Program-made: the position numbers and the translations under genes | Assembly: GCA_000165425.1 (NCBI GenBank) | Contig: CT868141.1 | Location: forward strand, 1 to 64,000 | Reading direction: 5' to 3' | Origin: Paramecium tetraurelia | Lineage: Eukaryota | Length of the DNA: 64,000 nt | Part shown: piece by piece, positions 13,637-26,520 of the stretch | Layout of the letters: each line of letters begins with the position of its first letter | Numbering within the stretch: position 1 is the stretch's first letter | The notes under the pieces: generated by a model | The model's input: only the letters and a program-made list of their open reading frames with translations | The model's database searches: none | What the model was told of the DNA's origin: nothing

Positions 13637-16600
13637 ATGAATTTCAAACAGAAACTAAGTCTCTCGATAGTTCTAATCTAAATGACATTGCTTGAAGTAA
13701 ATGGTGTGGATCCGTGCAGCTCAAATTTTTAAAATGTATGTAAATGTGGAACAGATACAATATCTGAATGTTCAAATATAGACTACTGTGTAGATATCAC
13801 AGCCTCTTCTGGAAATTGTGTAGCAGCTTGTAGTAATATAGTTGTAAGTAGCTGCATTTGTGGATCATCAACAAAAACGTATTGTAATGGAAGTTCAATT
13901 TGTACTTCTGATGTGTGTTATCCGACTTGTACAACAGCAGGATAATCAAATTGTGTTTGTGGAACTGACTAATAAATATGTTCATCCACATATTGTGAAA
14001 ATCCAAGTGCATTTTCTGGAAATTGTAAAGATGCTTGCTCTGTATCAAAAGTATCCGATTGTTATTGTGGAACAACAACAAAAACATATTGCAGTTCAAC
14101 TTAAAAATGTCAGAGTAATGCATGTATAAGCAGTTGCACTACAGCATTTCAAGCAAATTGTGTTTGTGGAACTTCAACTCCAACAACATGCACTGCATCT
14201 ACATTTTGTAAAGATCCTAGTGCATCAAAAGGATATTGCTTAACTTAGTGCGCTAATTCAAGCTCTACAGTTTGTCTTTGTGGAACATCTAAATATTGTG
14301 CTGAATATTGCGATCCTTATGCCTCTTCTCCTACTTGTTCTTTTCTTGCAGTTGACTGCACTTCAGCAAATTAAACCAATTGTGTCTGTGGAACTACAAC
14401 TCTGTCTTCGTGTAGCGGAGGTCGTAAATGTTTGGATCCAACTGCAGCAACTGGAGTATGCGCAGGTAGTTGTAGTCAATACTAATCTACTAACTGCTAC
14501 TGCGGAACTTCAACTTCTACTTATTGTGCTTCTCCAAATCAATGCTCTAACAATACATGTGGTGATAGTTCTCCTTCAAATTGCAGTTCAGCATTTCAAG
14601 CCAGCTGTTCCTGTGGTAGTTCTACAAAATCGACATGCACCTCGACAACTTATTGTGTAGATCCAAGTGCGTCTTCTGGAGTTTGCAAGTAAGCCTGCTC
14701 TATTGGAACAGTGTCTGATTGTATTTGTGGTACTTCAAGTAAAGCTTATTGTGATTCAACCAAATAGTGTTCAAGCGACTCATGTGTTACTTCAACTCCA
14801 AATTGCAATTCAGCATTTTAAAACAGTTGTTCCTGTGGTAGTTCTACAAAATCAACATGCACTTCAACTACATATTGTGTAGATCCAAGTGCATCTTCTG
14901 GAGTTTGCAAGTAAGCCTGTTCTGGTGGAACAGTATCTGAATGTATTTGTGGTACATCAAGTAAAGCGTATTGTGATTCAACCAAACAATGTTAAAGCGA
15001 CTCATGTGTTGCACTATAAAATTGTTCCACAATTAATTAAACTAGTTGTTCATGTGGAACTTCGACAAAATAAGCATGTAGTTCTAGTACTTATTGCAAA
15101 GATCCAAATGCAACAAATGGAATTTGTATTAATAAATGTTCTGGCATGACAGCAAGTGATTGTATTTGTGGATCTACTACATTATCTCATTGTAGCTCAA
15201 CTTAAAGGTGTTAAGATAGTATGGCTGCTACTGGAAATTGTTTGGACATCTGTACTTCAAACTTTTAAAGTAACTGTTCTTGTGGACAAAGTTCATATAA
15301 TAATTGTGATAGCTCTAAATATTGCGCAAATGCATCTGCAAATTCTGGTTAATGTTATGATAATTGTACTGTTAGTCTTAGATCATCATGTATTTGTGGA
15401 ACCACCTCTAAATAAGGATGCTCTAATTCATAAACTTGTGAAGATTCGACTGCTACTACTGGTAATTGCATTTCAATTCCAAGTTGTATTAGTAATTTTG
15501 ATAATTCTTGTTAATGTGGCACATCCTAAACTTCCACATGTTCTTCATCTACTTATTGCAGTGATGTGAGCTAACCAACAGGAGTTTGCTTATAAAATTG
15601 CAATTAAAATTTAAAATCAAATTGTATTTGTGGGACTTCAAATAAGGTTGTTTGTAATAAAACTTAAACTTGCCAAAATGTAACAGATTAAAATGGGGTT
15701 TGTATTGAAAATTGTCAAATAAATTTATAAAGTAATTGTTTGTGTGGTCATTCGGCAACACCTTTTTGTGGTTAAAATGAACATTGCCGAGATTATAAAT
15801 CTTTTATGGGAAGTTGTGTTTAAGAATGTAATCAATTCTAAAATAACTGTGTATGTGGTACATCATATTATTCAGAATGTACATCTACAACATATTGTTC
15901 TTCTAAATAAGAAGGTGTATGTTTAGAATAATGCTCGAGATTTTAATAGTCAAACTGTATATGTGGGATGAAAATTAAATAGGCTTGTTCAAGTAATGAA
16001 AGCTGTGTTGATCCATATGAAGATAATGGCATTTGTAATTAAGGAACTTGCATGTAAAAATTTTAGTCAAATTGCACTTGTGGCGTCGTTAATTAAGTTA
16101 ATTGCAATAAATCTTAATATTGTTTAGATTTTGCTGCCATAAATGGAAATTGCTTTGAAAAATGTCTTTCATTTCAAAATAATTGTTTGTGTGGAATAGA
16201 TAGTTATGACCTATGTTTTTCCTCCACATACTGTTTATAATAATCTAGAGGCATCTGTATGCCAGAATGCACATCAACTAATCCTCGAAATTGCATAGCT
16301 TTGTCTGATGACTAGGCATGTCTAGATAATTTGGGCACTATTTTTAATGCCACCACTGGAAAATGTGTGCCGAATTGTAGTTAAAATGGTTCAACTAATT
16401 GTTTCTGCGGATTGGTATCATCAAATTAAGACTAGAATCAGATATGTTAATAAGGATTTGAATGCTAAAATCTTGCAACTCCATAAATTGGGTGTGTTGA
16501 AAAATGCACAACAAATAAAAAAAAAAGTTGCTAGTGTGGATTAGATAAATCATAATATTGTAATGAGAATTAAATCTGTGCAGATCCATCCTTATCAATT

Positions 16601-16702
16601 GGAGAATGCACACAGAATGTTAGCGAGATTTAAAATGTGTAATATTCAAAAATTATACATTTTGGAATATTTGCAATAATTGTTTTTTCCATTATAGTAT
16701 GA
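13637..16702 (+). CDS. Cys/Ser/Thr-rich tandem-repeat surface protein, 1021 aa, signal peptide and GPI-like C-terminus
   Basis: ATG 13637 (MNFKQKLSLSIVLIQMTLLEVNG) to TGA 16700-16702 is 3066 nt, divisible by 3, and sampled stretches are open in code 6. The repeat is C-x7-CxCG-x6-C-x5-C-x(4 or 9)-C and the protein ends YSKIIHFGIFAIIVFSIIV*. Confidence 0.9.
14577..15010 (+). repeat. Near-identical 222-bp (74-aa) tandem duplication inside the surface protein gene
   Basis: Both copies share gttcctgtggtagttctacaaaatc...gtagatccaagtgc...ggagtttgcaagtaagcctg...agcgactcatgtgtt, offset by 222 nt. Confidence 0.9.
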
Positions 16703-17710
16703 GATTGACAAAATCATTATTGATAGCAATAATATATAAATATTATAATTCCTATGATTTGATGTTATTTTGTAATTTCTAGGACTTACTTTTGAATCTC
16801 TAATTTTTAAATTAGGGTTATCAGATAAAGTTCTTTAAATCAAAAAATTGATTGAATCATGAAATACTATTTTCATATCTAAATTTAATTCTTCTATTGG
16901 ATAAATTGTAATTGTAGAATTTGGAGTTGATAAAATTTGGTATTTTGAGTAAAATATAGAAATTAGAATTTATGTCTAAATTTTTTTTTTTTCAATGGCT
17001 TTTAAAAAAGGTTTTTGATTCCTTTGAATATAAGTCTAAAAATAATCCCTTGGTTTTCAAGTTATCAATAGAACTTGATTTAATTAAGATTATTGACATT
17101 AGGATTTAGAATTTAAATACCTGTCTATATAGTATGTTTAAATATCAAATCGAATGAAATATGCAATGTTCTCAGATAAATTATACTCTTTAAATAAAGT
17201 ATTCTTTAAAAGGTTTTAATCTAAACTCATTAAGGTTACAACCTAATTGTTTTAATATGTAATGACTTTTGAATAACCCAAATCAATGTAAACAAGTTTT
17301 TGTCTATTCCTCATGTCTTGGCTTAAATAAGATTGTAAACTTTGATATCTAATTGCATCCGCTATTAAAAAATGAATCTAGTAAGCTCCTTAATTAAAAT
17401 TAATATATAAACAATGATTAGCAATTTATGAAACCAATAAATTTGTAATTATATAGCAAAATTTATTGCAATACCCTAATTTTAATTGATGACTATTAAT
17501 GCTTATAGTATTAATTCCATAAAAATGAAGGAAGGTCAGAATATTAAAATTAACTAATCAAAAATAAAAGTGAATCAAAGAACATAACCAAAGATAATTA
17601 AAAAAAATACAAAAGAGAATGTTTTTGTTAATTATTTTTAAGAAGGGAAATTGTCTATTGGGATCTTATAAATATTAAAATAAAATTTGAATGTAAAATT
17701 AATATTTCTG

Positions 17711-20137
17711 TCATTGCTGCCCTAATTGTCCTTTCTCGACTCTTTCTTTAATCTTTTTTGGATCTGGTGGCATTAAACTGAATTTAGCCACCACGCTTTT
17801 CGAGATTCTCCTGAATTCTTTATAAGTGTCTTCATTTCCATGATGCAATTCAAAATTCTCCCAAGTTTTCCATAATCCAAAGTCATCAAATCTTGGATCA
17901 CTGAACTAAGAAATATGTATGTAGACAGCTCTGGCTCTATCTATTTCTCCAAATTTTCTCTCCAATTAAGCTAATCTTAACCCCATTTGTATTAATTCTG
18001 CTTCTTACAAATTTTCTATAGCACTTTCAAACACAGGTCTGGTTTTTGTAATTCCTAGATATAAGGCTACCTTGGCTATATATATATTGTAACTAAATAA
18101 ATTGTAATTTATACGCTTCCATTTTGTCCTAGTATTCAACGTTAAATACCATTCTATCATATATTTCAATGGCATGATTTAATAATCCATACTGTTCTTC
18201 AAATTCTCCATACATTAAATAGAATATTCGATTTTTCTAATAAAATATTGAATGATTACATCTTTTGGAACTTGCTCGATTACTGTTTCAAACAAATTTC
18301 TTGTTCTTTCAATTTTTTATCCTCGATATCTTTATATGAATTTAGTGATGTAGACAATCCATAAATCATACAATGCTGGCCAATCAAATAATTAGACACC
18401 TGCCTCAAATACTTTAAAGGATTCTTCATAGAATGCATTATCCTCTAGAAGTTAAGCATAATTAATAATAATGAATGGAGTGACAACTTTTAATTCAACC
18501 ATGCGCTTATAGGCTGCCCTCAATGATTTAAAATTTCCAAAATTTCTTTCTAGATCTAGATAGAGTTACCATAATTATAACGAATAGGGTACCATTTCAG
18601 ATGGTGTCATTTTATCTAATCTTTTTACATACTTTTTAAATAACCCTTATTTGATGACAGAAAGAGAATCATTAACAAATCCATCTAAAAGTAAAATTTC
18701 AACCCATTAAGACCAGAGGTTAACATGTTCTTCAATATTTTTAAATTCTATTTTTGATCCCTTAGAAAAGATTTAATTGCAAGTCTTCCAATCTCCTTTG
18801 TCTCTGTAGTATTTGGCATAGGCTATCCAGATGTCACTCAGCTTTCCATTATCTGCTAGATTTGGCTCCACAATTTCAAGTGCTTCAGTGAAAGTCTTCA
18901 AGGCCATTCTTTCATCCCTTTTTACCAATTCAATCCTTTTTAACCACTCTTCAACATTATATTTATTTTATCTCAATATACAGGAGTTTAATAGGATCGG
19001 CCTTCTTTCCAAAAGTTCATCCAATCTATCCATTTTTAATAATAACTCATCTTCTATTTGTACTTCATCGTCTTGTGATGACTTTATTTTTAATAATTAA
19101 TCCAATTTAGTTGATAATATTGTATCATCAATATCATCTTGATTCTCATCATTCTCATCGAAGTCTTCCAACATTTGGATTATTGTTTCTTCATATTTAA
19201 CATATGCATTAAAAACCAAACTGAAATCTTTCACAGTGAGTACATTATTAACAGCATCTTCAAATGTGTCTCTGGCTTATTCAAATTGGCCTGTTTTAAT
19301 ATAATAATCTGCCAATTTGATCCACAATTAACCAATCTCATCTGAATATTTCTTGATTCCAAACTTCATTATTGATGCTGCATCTATGGGCAAATCATTA
19401 GGATGTCTAGCGATTATTTCACATAAGTATTTCATAAAGTCATATTTGGTTTTCCCACTTGATGAATTGAATTGATCATCATTTAAGATATCAACCAAAA
19501 TTTAACATGCATTTCCCCACAATTACTTTGATACCAAGTAATCTAAATACTCTTCTTTGTAATCAGGATTTATCTTAATATATCTATTATAAATTGAAAT
19601 TGCGGTCTTTATTGAGTCTGTTTTCGATATCTGAAATTTAATTTTAATTCATACCCATTAGCAATACGCCTTCCAAATTCTATGATGTTGAGTGACAGGT
19701 AATGATTAAAGGGCTCGATCATAAATATTTCTAGTATGTGTGTATTTCTGCAATGATGCACTATATTCAGCATACATCAACCATATGTTAGGCATTTTGT
19801 GCATATAGACCAAAGCTCTTTCAAAATACGAAATCATCTCCTCAAATTTATTCGACAAAAATGTGCTTCTACCTCCCAAATCTTCAAGTTATTCCTTTAA
19901 ATAGTTGAACCATAATTTATAGCAATTTGGAATGTATTTAAAGGCTCTTTCATACAAATCTATTCTAGTTGCATAAGGTTTATCTCGATGTGCCTATAAT
20001 ACAATCCACCAAGCTCTTAAAGTGAATCTTGAATATTATTCTTGTTGAGTATCAGGAGCAGCAAAAACGACTTCAAACTTTGAACTGCCCTTGACCTCTA
20101 ATTATTCTAATTTATAGTGAAGCAATTGCGCATTCAT
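17711..20137 (-). CDS. SYF1: Pre-mRNA splicing factor SYF1/XAB2 (HAT repeats, NTC component)
   Basis: N-terminal LYERAFKYIPNCYKLWFNYL and C-terminal WENFELHHGNEDTYKEFRRI match SYF1 motifs. Small introns are present. Confidence 0.92.
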
Positions 20138-20573
20138 TAATTTTTATAAAATTCAATAATTTAATAAATAATACTCTTTCCCTCTCACTCATCATTATTA
20201 ATAACAAAAATAAAACAATTCAATAGGTCTTATCGATTCGACCAAATCATCAATCTATCTAAATATAACAATAAAATAGAATGCAGATAGAAAGTACAAA
20301 TATTTTAGAACTGAACTGAGAGTGTTTTAAAATAAGAATACTTCATTAAATTAATTTTTATGACATCAAATATCAACTAAATAAAGGATTAATATATTAT
20401 TAATTAGATTACAAAATTTAAACAATGTACTTTACTAATCTGAAAATACAACACTACAAACATTATATGTCCCTGTAAGAATAAGATAATTGAATAATTC
20501 AAGACTGAAAAGTTATATAATTAATTATGTTGTAAAAATACTTTTAGATAGAACTTATTTTATAATTTTTTGA

Positions 20574-23471
20574 TCATTAATTTCTCTAAAACTTTGGTGC
20601 TGCTTAGCTCGTTGATTATTATGTTTATCTTTATTATTACTGTCTCTATTGTTACTATGTAGCTTATTGTGGTTATTATTAGGGTTGTTCTTATTGCTAT
20701 TATTACCCTGATTAGGCAGTACTTCTTGTAAATTAAACAGGTTTGCTTTATTATGTTTCAACTTGGGATCTAGTATTAGTAAATCCTCCAATGTTTCTTC
20801 CAATTTATGTTTATGGTGCTGATTATTAAGGCGCTTATTAGTTAGGTTGTTGTTATTGTTATGAGGTTTGGGATGAGAGAGTACTTCTAGAAATTTATTT
20901 GCTGTCAGGAACTGCCTATTTTTCAGCCTATTAGGATATTGATTTTTTTTCTCTTTCCTCTTATTCTTTCTTCCTAGCTTCCTCCTCTCTTAATTTTCTT
21001 TCTTCATCTTGTTTTTATAATTAGAATCCTTTATCTAATATTTGCTATTTGAACTTCTGGGTTATTTCTGCTTTAAATTTCTAGAGCTATTCCTAATATT
21101 CTTTTTCTTTCTATTATTTTTTCTAAGCGATTATTTCATCGTGATATTTGAATGCATCAGTTAAGCTTTCTTTTAATTTTAAGTTTGCTTGGTATTATTC
21201 TTGATGCTTTTTTTAGGCTTCCTCAATATTATCTTCCGGCCAACTAGTAATTATCTTTGATTCCATAATAGCTCTCTCTCTTTCAATATAATCGTTCTTT
21301 TTAAAGGTTCTCAAATATTTATCATCAGCTCCTTTCTTTGCTTCTTCTTCAAATTTCTTTTTGATATCCTACAATACTCCTGTGTCTATATTTAATAGGT
21401 GATAATCTTTTAATAATTCAATTTTCTTTCTTTCTCCATTGATTTCAAATGTAACATATTTTCCTCCTTTTAATTTAATAATATCTTGCAATAATTTTTA
21501 TCTAACTGATATTTCTTTAGCCTTTTTTGCTTCCATCTCAGCTATTCTTTCCTATTCAAATTTCTTTCTCTCCTCATCTTATCTCCTTTACTCCTTCATT
21601 TCTTAAATCACTTTTTAATTATCCTCCTCCACTTTCTTTTTAATAAGATCTGGATCAGCCAGTCTATTCAAATTTTTCAAAGTCTATTGTCTTGTCAAAA
21701 TGACAAGATTTGAGGAATCCAGTTATTTTTTAGCTTGATCAATTGGATCTTGAACTGTTCTTTAAGGCTACAAATTTAATAAAACTGTTGGCAATATTTA
21801 TTAATCATTTGATATTTGATTGGAATTGAAATATACGATTTATGATTAGAAATCAACTTTGCAACTGATAAACTTATTTGAGTTAGAATGAATTAAAGTT
21901 TAGAATATGGTTTCTAAAGTTGTAAATTTCAATAAGTCTTTCAATTGATCTAATTTAATAGTTCTGTAAATTCTAGAGATGCTTTTCAACACCTATCCTA
22001 CAAGATTTTCTTCAAGTAATGGAATGAATAATAAATATTTTTCATTTTGTCTCAACTCAGTAAAGACTCGATTGGCCTAATCAGAGACTGTTAATAAATC
22101 TTATTGATTTTCTAATAAGAGATAAACCTTTTAAATAATAGGTTGAACAAATTTGACAGCATTCATCTCTCCTAGAATTTTTAACAAATCTTCTCTTGTT
22201 GGTATTTTAGTTCCTTTTTCAAACAAAGAAGTTGTTCTGTCTCTTTGATTGTAATCAGCACTTAAAAGTGGTATGACCAATACAGATAAAACCAAATGAG
22301 ATAATTTTTCATTTATTTCAGCATTCTTACGTTTAATTTCGTCTTATGTTTAAACTGGCTTCTTCTTAAATGCCAAATAATGGTTATAGTAGGCAAATGC
22401 TTAAAATAAACTATTTCCGGATTTCTAAAATATCTAAGAAAGCAAATCATAGTAGAGCATAAGATATGAAGCTTTGAAATTGCCCCTCCTCATTGATTTG
22501 AGCACCATAACAGTTTCTAATGTCTTTGATGCTTCGGATTGCATATCCAAGGCTGTAGCTGTTTTAACAATTTCAAAAATTGCATTTACATGCTTGTCAT
22601 TAGTAGCTGGCTTTGTCAAGTCTACATGAGTAGGATTTCGCTTAATATCTAATTCTCTTTCATTTAAATCCAAGACAAATCTATAAAAACATCAAATATA
22701 TAAATAACCTATTTGTTTAATCACAAAACCATTAAAACTCAGCCTTACGTTTATATTTCAAACAAAACTCGCTCACTTTCTTTAAAATTTCAAAATACAC
22801 ATCTTCTAATTTCTCATTCCACTTAACATTTTCCATTACTGTTCTATATGTTTCCCACAAAAGTCTTAAGCAAGATTTCTAATGATCCTTCTGTTATTTT
22901 GCTTCAGGATCAAATGATAGATAGAGCAACTCCTCTGCTGGTTCTTCATAGGATAACTGTCCAACAAATGGCGATTTCTTAAGCTACACAATCAATATAC
23001 TTTAATACTTCTTCTACATCATATTATTTAACTTTGTCACTAAATATCTTTTCCACTTTCACTAAATATTCTTTCAAAATATCAGCAAAAGCGTCAAAGT
23101 GGTTATGTTAAGTCATTTGTCTATAAGCCTTGAAAACTTCCTTCAATTAATTTTATTCATCTGGTTAATTGACTCCAACAAATAATCTTAAATCAATATA
23201 AGCTTGCTAAAGAATTATTCGAAGATGTTACCATCAATTTATAAAGGTATTAGATATTGCTTGCCACACTCACGTCTCCTTAATCTTGATAAGAAGTGGT
23301 GGTTTTTCTCGTTCTTTAACCAAAACTAGATAAATATCGAAACAGGATCAATAATGCATCATTATTCTTTCCTTCCTTAACGTAGTCTAAATTTATTCAT
23401 GGAGTTAGAGTACCATCATAAATTTTGTAAGCTTATTCAGGCCTTAAAGTTAAATAATTGATAGATGCCAT
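20574..23471 (-). CDS. eIF3a: Eukaryotic translation initiation factor 3 subunit A
   Basis: N-terminal ...LRPEQA and the segment LDMQSEASKTLE...YYDLLSQIFQKSGNSLFQA match the eIF3a core. It has an E/K/R-rich coiled coil, a Q-rich tail ending AAPKFQRNQ*, and several tiny introns. Confidence 0.82.
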
Positions 23472-23635
23472 AATTTAAATAATTAATATTTTTAATTAAT
23501 AATCAGCAAACCAATTTCTATTAATCGTGGTATAACTTTAGATCAACCTGATTATTATCCAGCATCAATTATAATATTAATAAATATCATCTATTAAAAT
23601 TTAAAGATCTAATATTATTAATAAAAGTAATATAT

Positions 23636-24640
23636 TCATTTGAATAATTATTTCATATAGGCTTCCCATTAAGTATTTGGCACTCCATTTTTTACTACGT
23701 CATCGTATAGCGAATTTATCATCATCGAATGTATTTTATTATTTTCAGGAACTTAACTTTTAATTTTTATCACTAAATCATAAAATTCTCTTTTAGAAGT
23801 ATTATTCTGAGATTACTCCTATACGAGAGATTTCAAATAACAAACTTTGACTAATTTCTTAACTTCTGGATCATCAAACTATTTAGATAATTATCGAAGT
23901 TATTTGAAAGTTTCCATATTTTCGGAGCTATTCATTATTTCTTAAGCATAATGGGTTATTCTTTGGTATTTTTCATTCTATTATAATTATTAAATCAAAG
24001 TACAGATTTTACTATTTAAAGCACTCAAAGTTTTATTTGAGACAGCAGTGTTTTCATCTGATTCGCAAGAATTATTGCTTAGTTGTTATTATTATTGTAA
24101 TTGCTATGATGGAAATGATCTTTATTTTTAGTAGCAATCATATGAATGACCTTAAAAAGTATTTGATCTTGTGGGATTTCTTTACAATTTTTCTGACATA
24201 GTTTTTGAATATTAAATTTCTCTCTTTTCATTTGATTTAACACTCATTTTTTCTAAAAATTCTCCTACCAATTTGATTATCATCTGAACTTCATTGGAAA
24301 TCAATTCAACCTCATCAACAATCGATAATAATTCTTAATATTCTTAGTTGATTATGTTTAAATCGTTCTTGATCACTTTCTTTATTGAATTATCTTTACT
24401 AGTTAACATTTAAGAATAGTTTTCTAAAGAATTAATTACTTTTTTTTTCAGTTATCTGGCATGCTTTGTAACTTCTTCATCATTTTCTTTCTCTCTAATA
24501 GCTTCTTAAGATTGTAAAATCATTAATTAATGTATTAGTTCATCATCTAAATGATCCTCCTTTGAAGGTATTGCTGATATATCAAGTAACATTGTCTTCT
24601 CATTAGACTGAATTCCAGAGATATCCAAAAATCCTTGCAT
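23636..24640 (-). CDS. Hypothetical protein (about 334 aa)
   Basis: MQGFLDISGIQSNEKTMLLDISAIP ... VPNTQWEAYMKQLFK*, 1005 nt, in frame in code 6. Confidence 0.7.
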
Positions 24641-24962
24641 ATGCACAATTTGATGAGATTAACAAGAAATAATATATTATATTATTTTATAAGAATAAAA
24701 CGGAATATTGATAAATCACTACTTGAATTTAGTTAATCAGATCTAATATAATTTACCCTTTTGAAACAGAAGGGTTTTCATTCAAATATTTATATTTTTG
24801 AATTAAATAATTTTGTCTTATATATCAGATGTAGACATAGACAACAGCATATATATTTCAATACAATGATATCCTAATAGATTTCATTTCAAGATATATA
24901 AATTACAAATACTCAGATTATATTGATAATTTTTCAAATTATATTTATTTATTATATATATA

Positions 24963-26490
24963 ATGTCTGAAGAATTAGTGACTCTCTATCCAACTTTAGA
25001 ATCTAATTGTGAGGATTTGGTTTTGAGTTCTAAAAAGTTATTTTAAGCCCAATAAGGTAAGGGAGTACCAGAATTTTATGAAACATTGAAACTTAAAATA
25101 AACACAAAAGTAAATTACGAATACTCAAATGTTACTAAAAGCAATGAGTTGGCTGACTCTTTGCATTAGGAATTCGAGAATATACAAACTGAAATAAAAG
25201 ACTAGAAAAAGCCTGAGAATAAAAGATAGATAGATAAAATCATAGAAGATTATTAAAAAGATAAGTAGAAGGAAACTAAATTATCGAAATTACCGCAATA
25301 ATTTTTAAAATTTGATGAAAAAACCTCAGCCACACAAACCAATAACACTTATATTCAAAATGAAAAATAAATTGCATAAAATAAATCTTTGGTTGCTGTG
25401 AATCCAAATGAACATCAATTGTCAGTCATTGAACCAGCTAGATTAGGAACTGTGATGGTTTAAAAAATAAAGAAAATAATAAAACCAGAATGGCATGCTC
25501 CTTGGAAATTGATGAGAGTTATAAGTGGACATCATGGTTGGGTAAGATGCATCGCTGTTGATCCTGGAAATTAATTTTTTGTGACAGGTTCAAGTGATCG
25601 AACCATTAAGTTTTGGGATTTGGCAACAGGCAATTTGAAATTAACTTTCACAGGTCATATCTCAACAATAAGATCTGTGATAGTAAGTGCAAGACATCCT
25701 TACTTGTTCAGTTGTGCAGAAGATAAAACAGTTAAATGTTGGGATCTAGAATAAAATAAGATGATCAGAGATTATCATGGGCATTTGTCAGGAGTGTATA
25801 GTTTAGCTTTGCATCCAACATTGGATGTCTTAGTGAGTGGTGGAAGAGATTCAGTCTGTAGAGTATGGGACATAAGAGCCAGACAATAAATTCATGTTTT
25901 AGAGGGACACACAAATACTATTGATTCGATAATTTGTTAAGAATTTGAACCTTAGATAGTAAGTGGATCTTAAGATTCTATGATCAAGATGTGGGACATG
26001 ACTTCTGGAAAATGTATATCCACTTTAACAAATCATAAGAAATCAGTTAGAGCTATGGCATTTCACCCCTTAGAATATACCTTTTGTTCAGCAGCTTCTG
26101 ATAATCTCAAAGTTTGGAAATGTCCTGAAGGTACTTTTTTGAGGAATATATCTGGCCATAATGCTATGATAAATTCGGTAGCCATCAATAGGAATAATGT
26201 ATTGGCAAGTGCTGCAGATAATGGATCATTGTATTTCTGGGATTGGAAATCAGGATACAACTTTTAATAGATAAATACTATCGCTTAACCAGGTTCAATT
26301 GCAGCTGAAAATGGTATATTTTGTTGTACATTTGATCAAAGTTAAATGAGGTAATATCTCTATATATTTTAGATTTTTGACTGGAGAATGTGACAAATCT
26401 ATAAAGATGTACAAAGAGGACGAAACAGCCACTCCTGAAACCCATCCAATTGATGATATAAGAATTGAATATGCAAATCAAAATTATTGA
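24963..26490 (+). CDS. PLRG1: Pleiotropic regulator 1 / Prp46 WD40 splicing factor
   Basis: Contains [48 protein letters not shown] and [16 protein letters not shown]. There is a 22-nt intron at 26351-26372. Confidence 0.96.
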
Positions 26491-26520
26491 TAATTGTTTA
26501 TATTACAATCAATAGATATA

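Noticed and set aside
14577..15010. Repeat array as CRISPR or mobile element
   Set aside because: The repeats are in-frame coding duplications without spacers, in a eukaryotic context.
13797..16613. Series of short ORFs on both strands
   Set aside because: They are off-frame or antisense shadows of the single code-6 gene at 13637-16702.
20860..20895. Suspected frameshift in the eIF3a tail
   Set aside because: Re-reading shows the frame is continuous (RSTLSSQTSQ).
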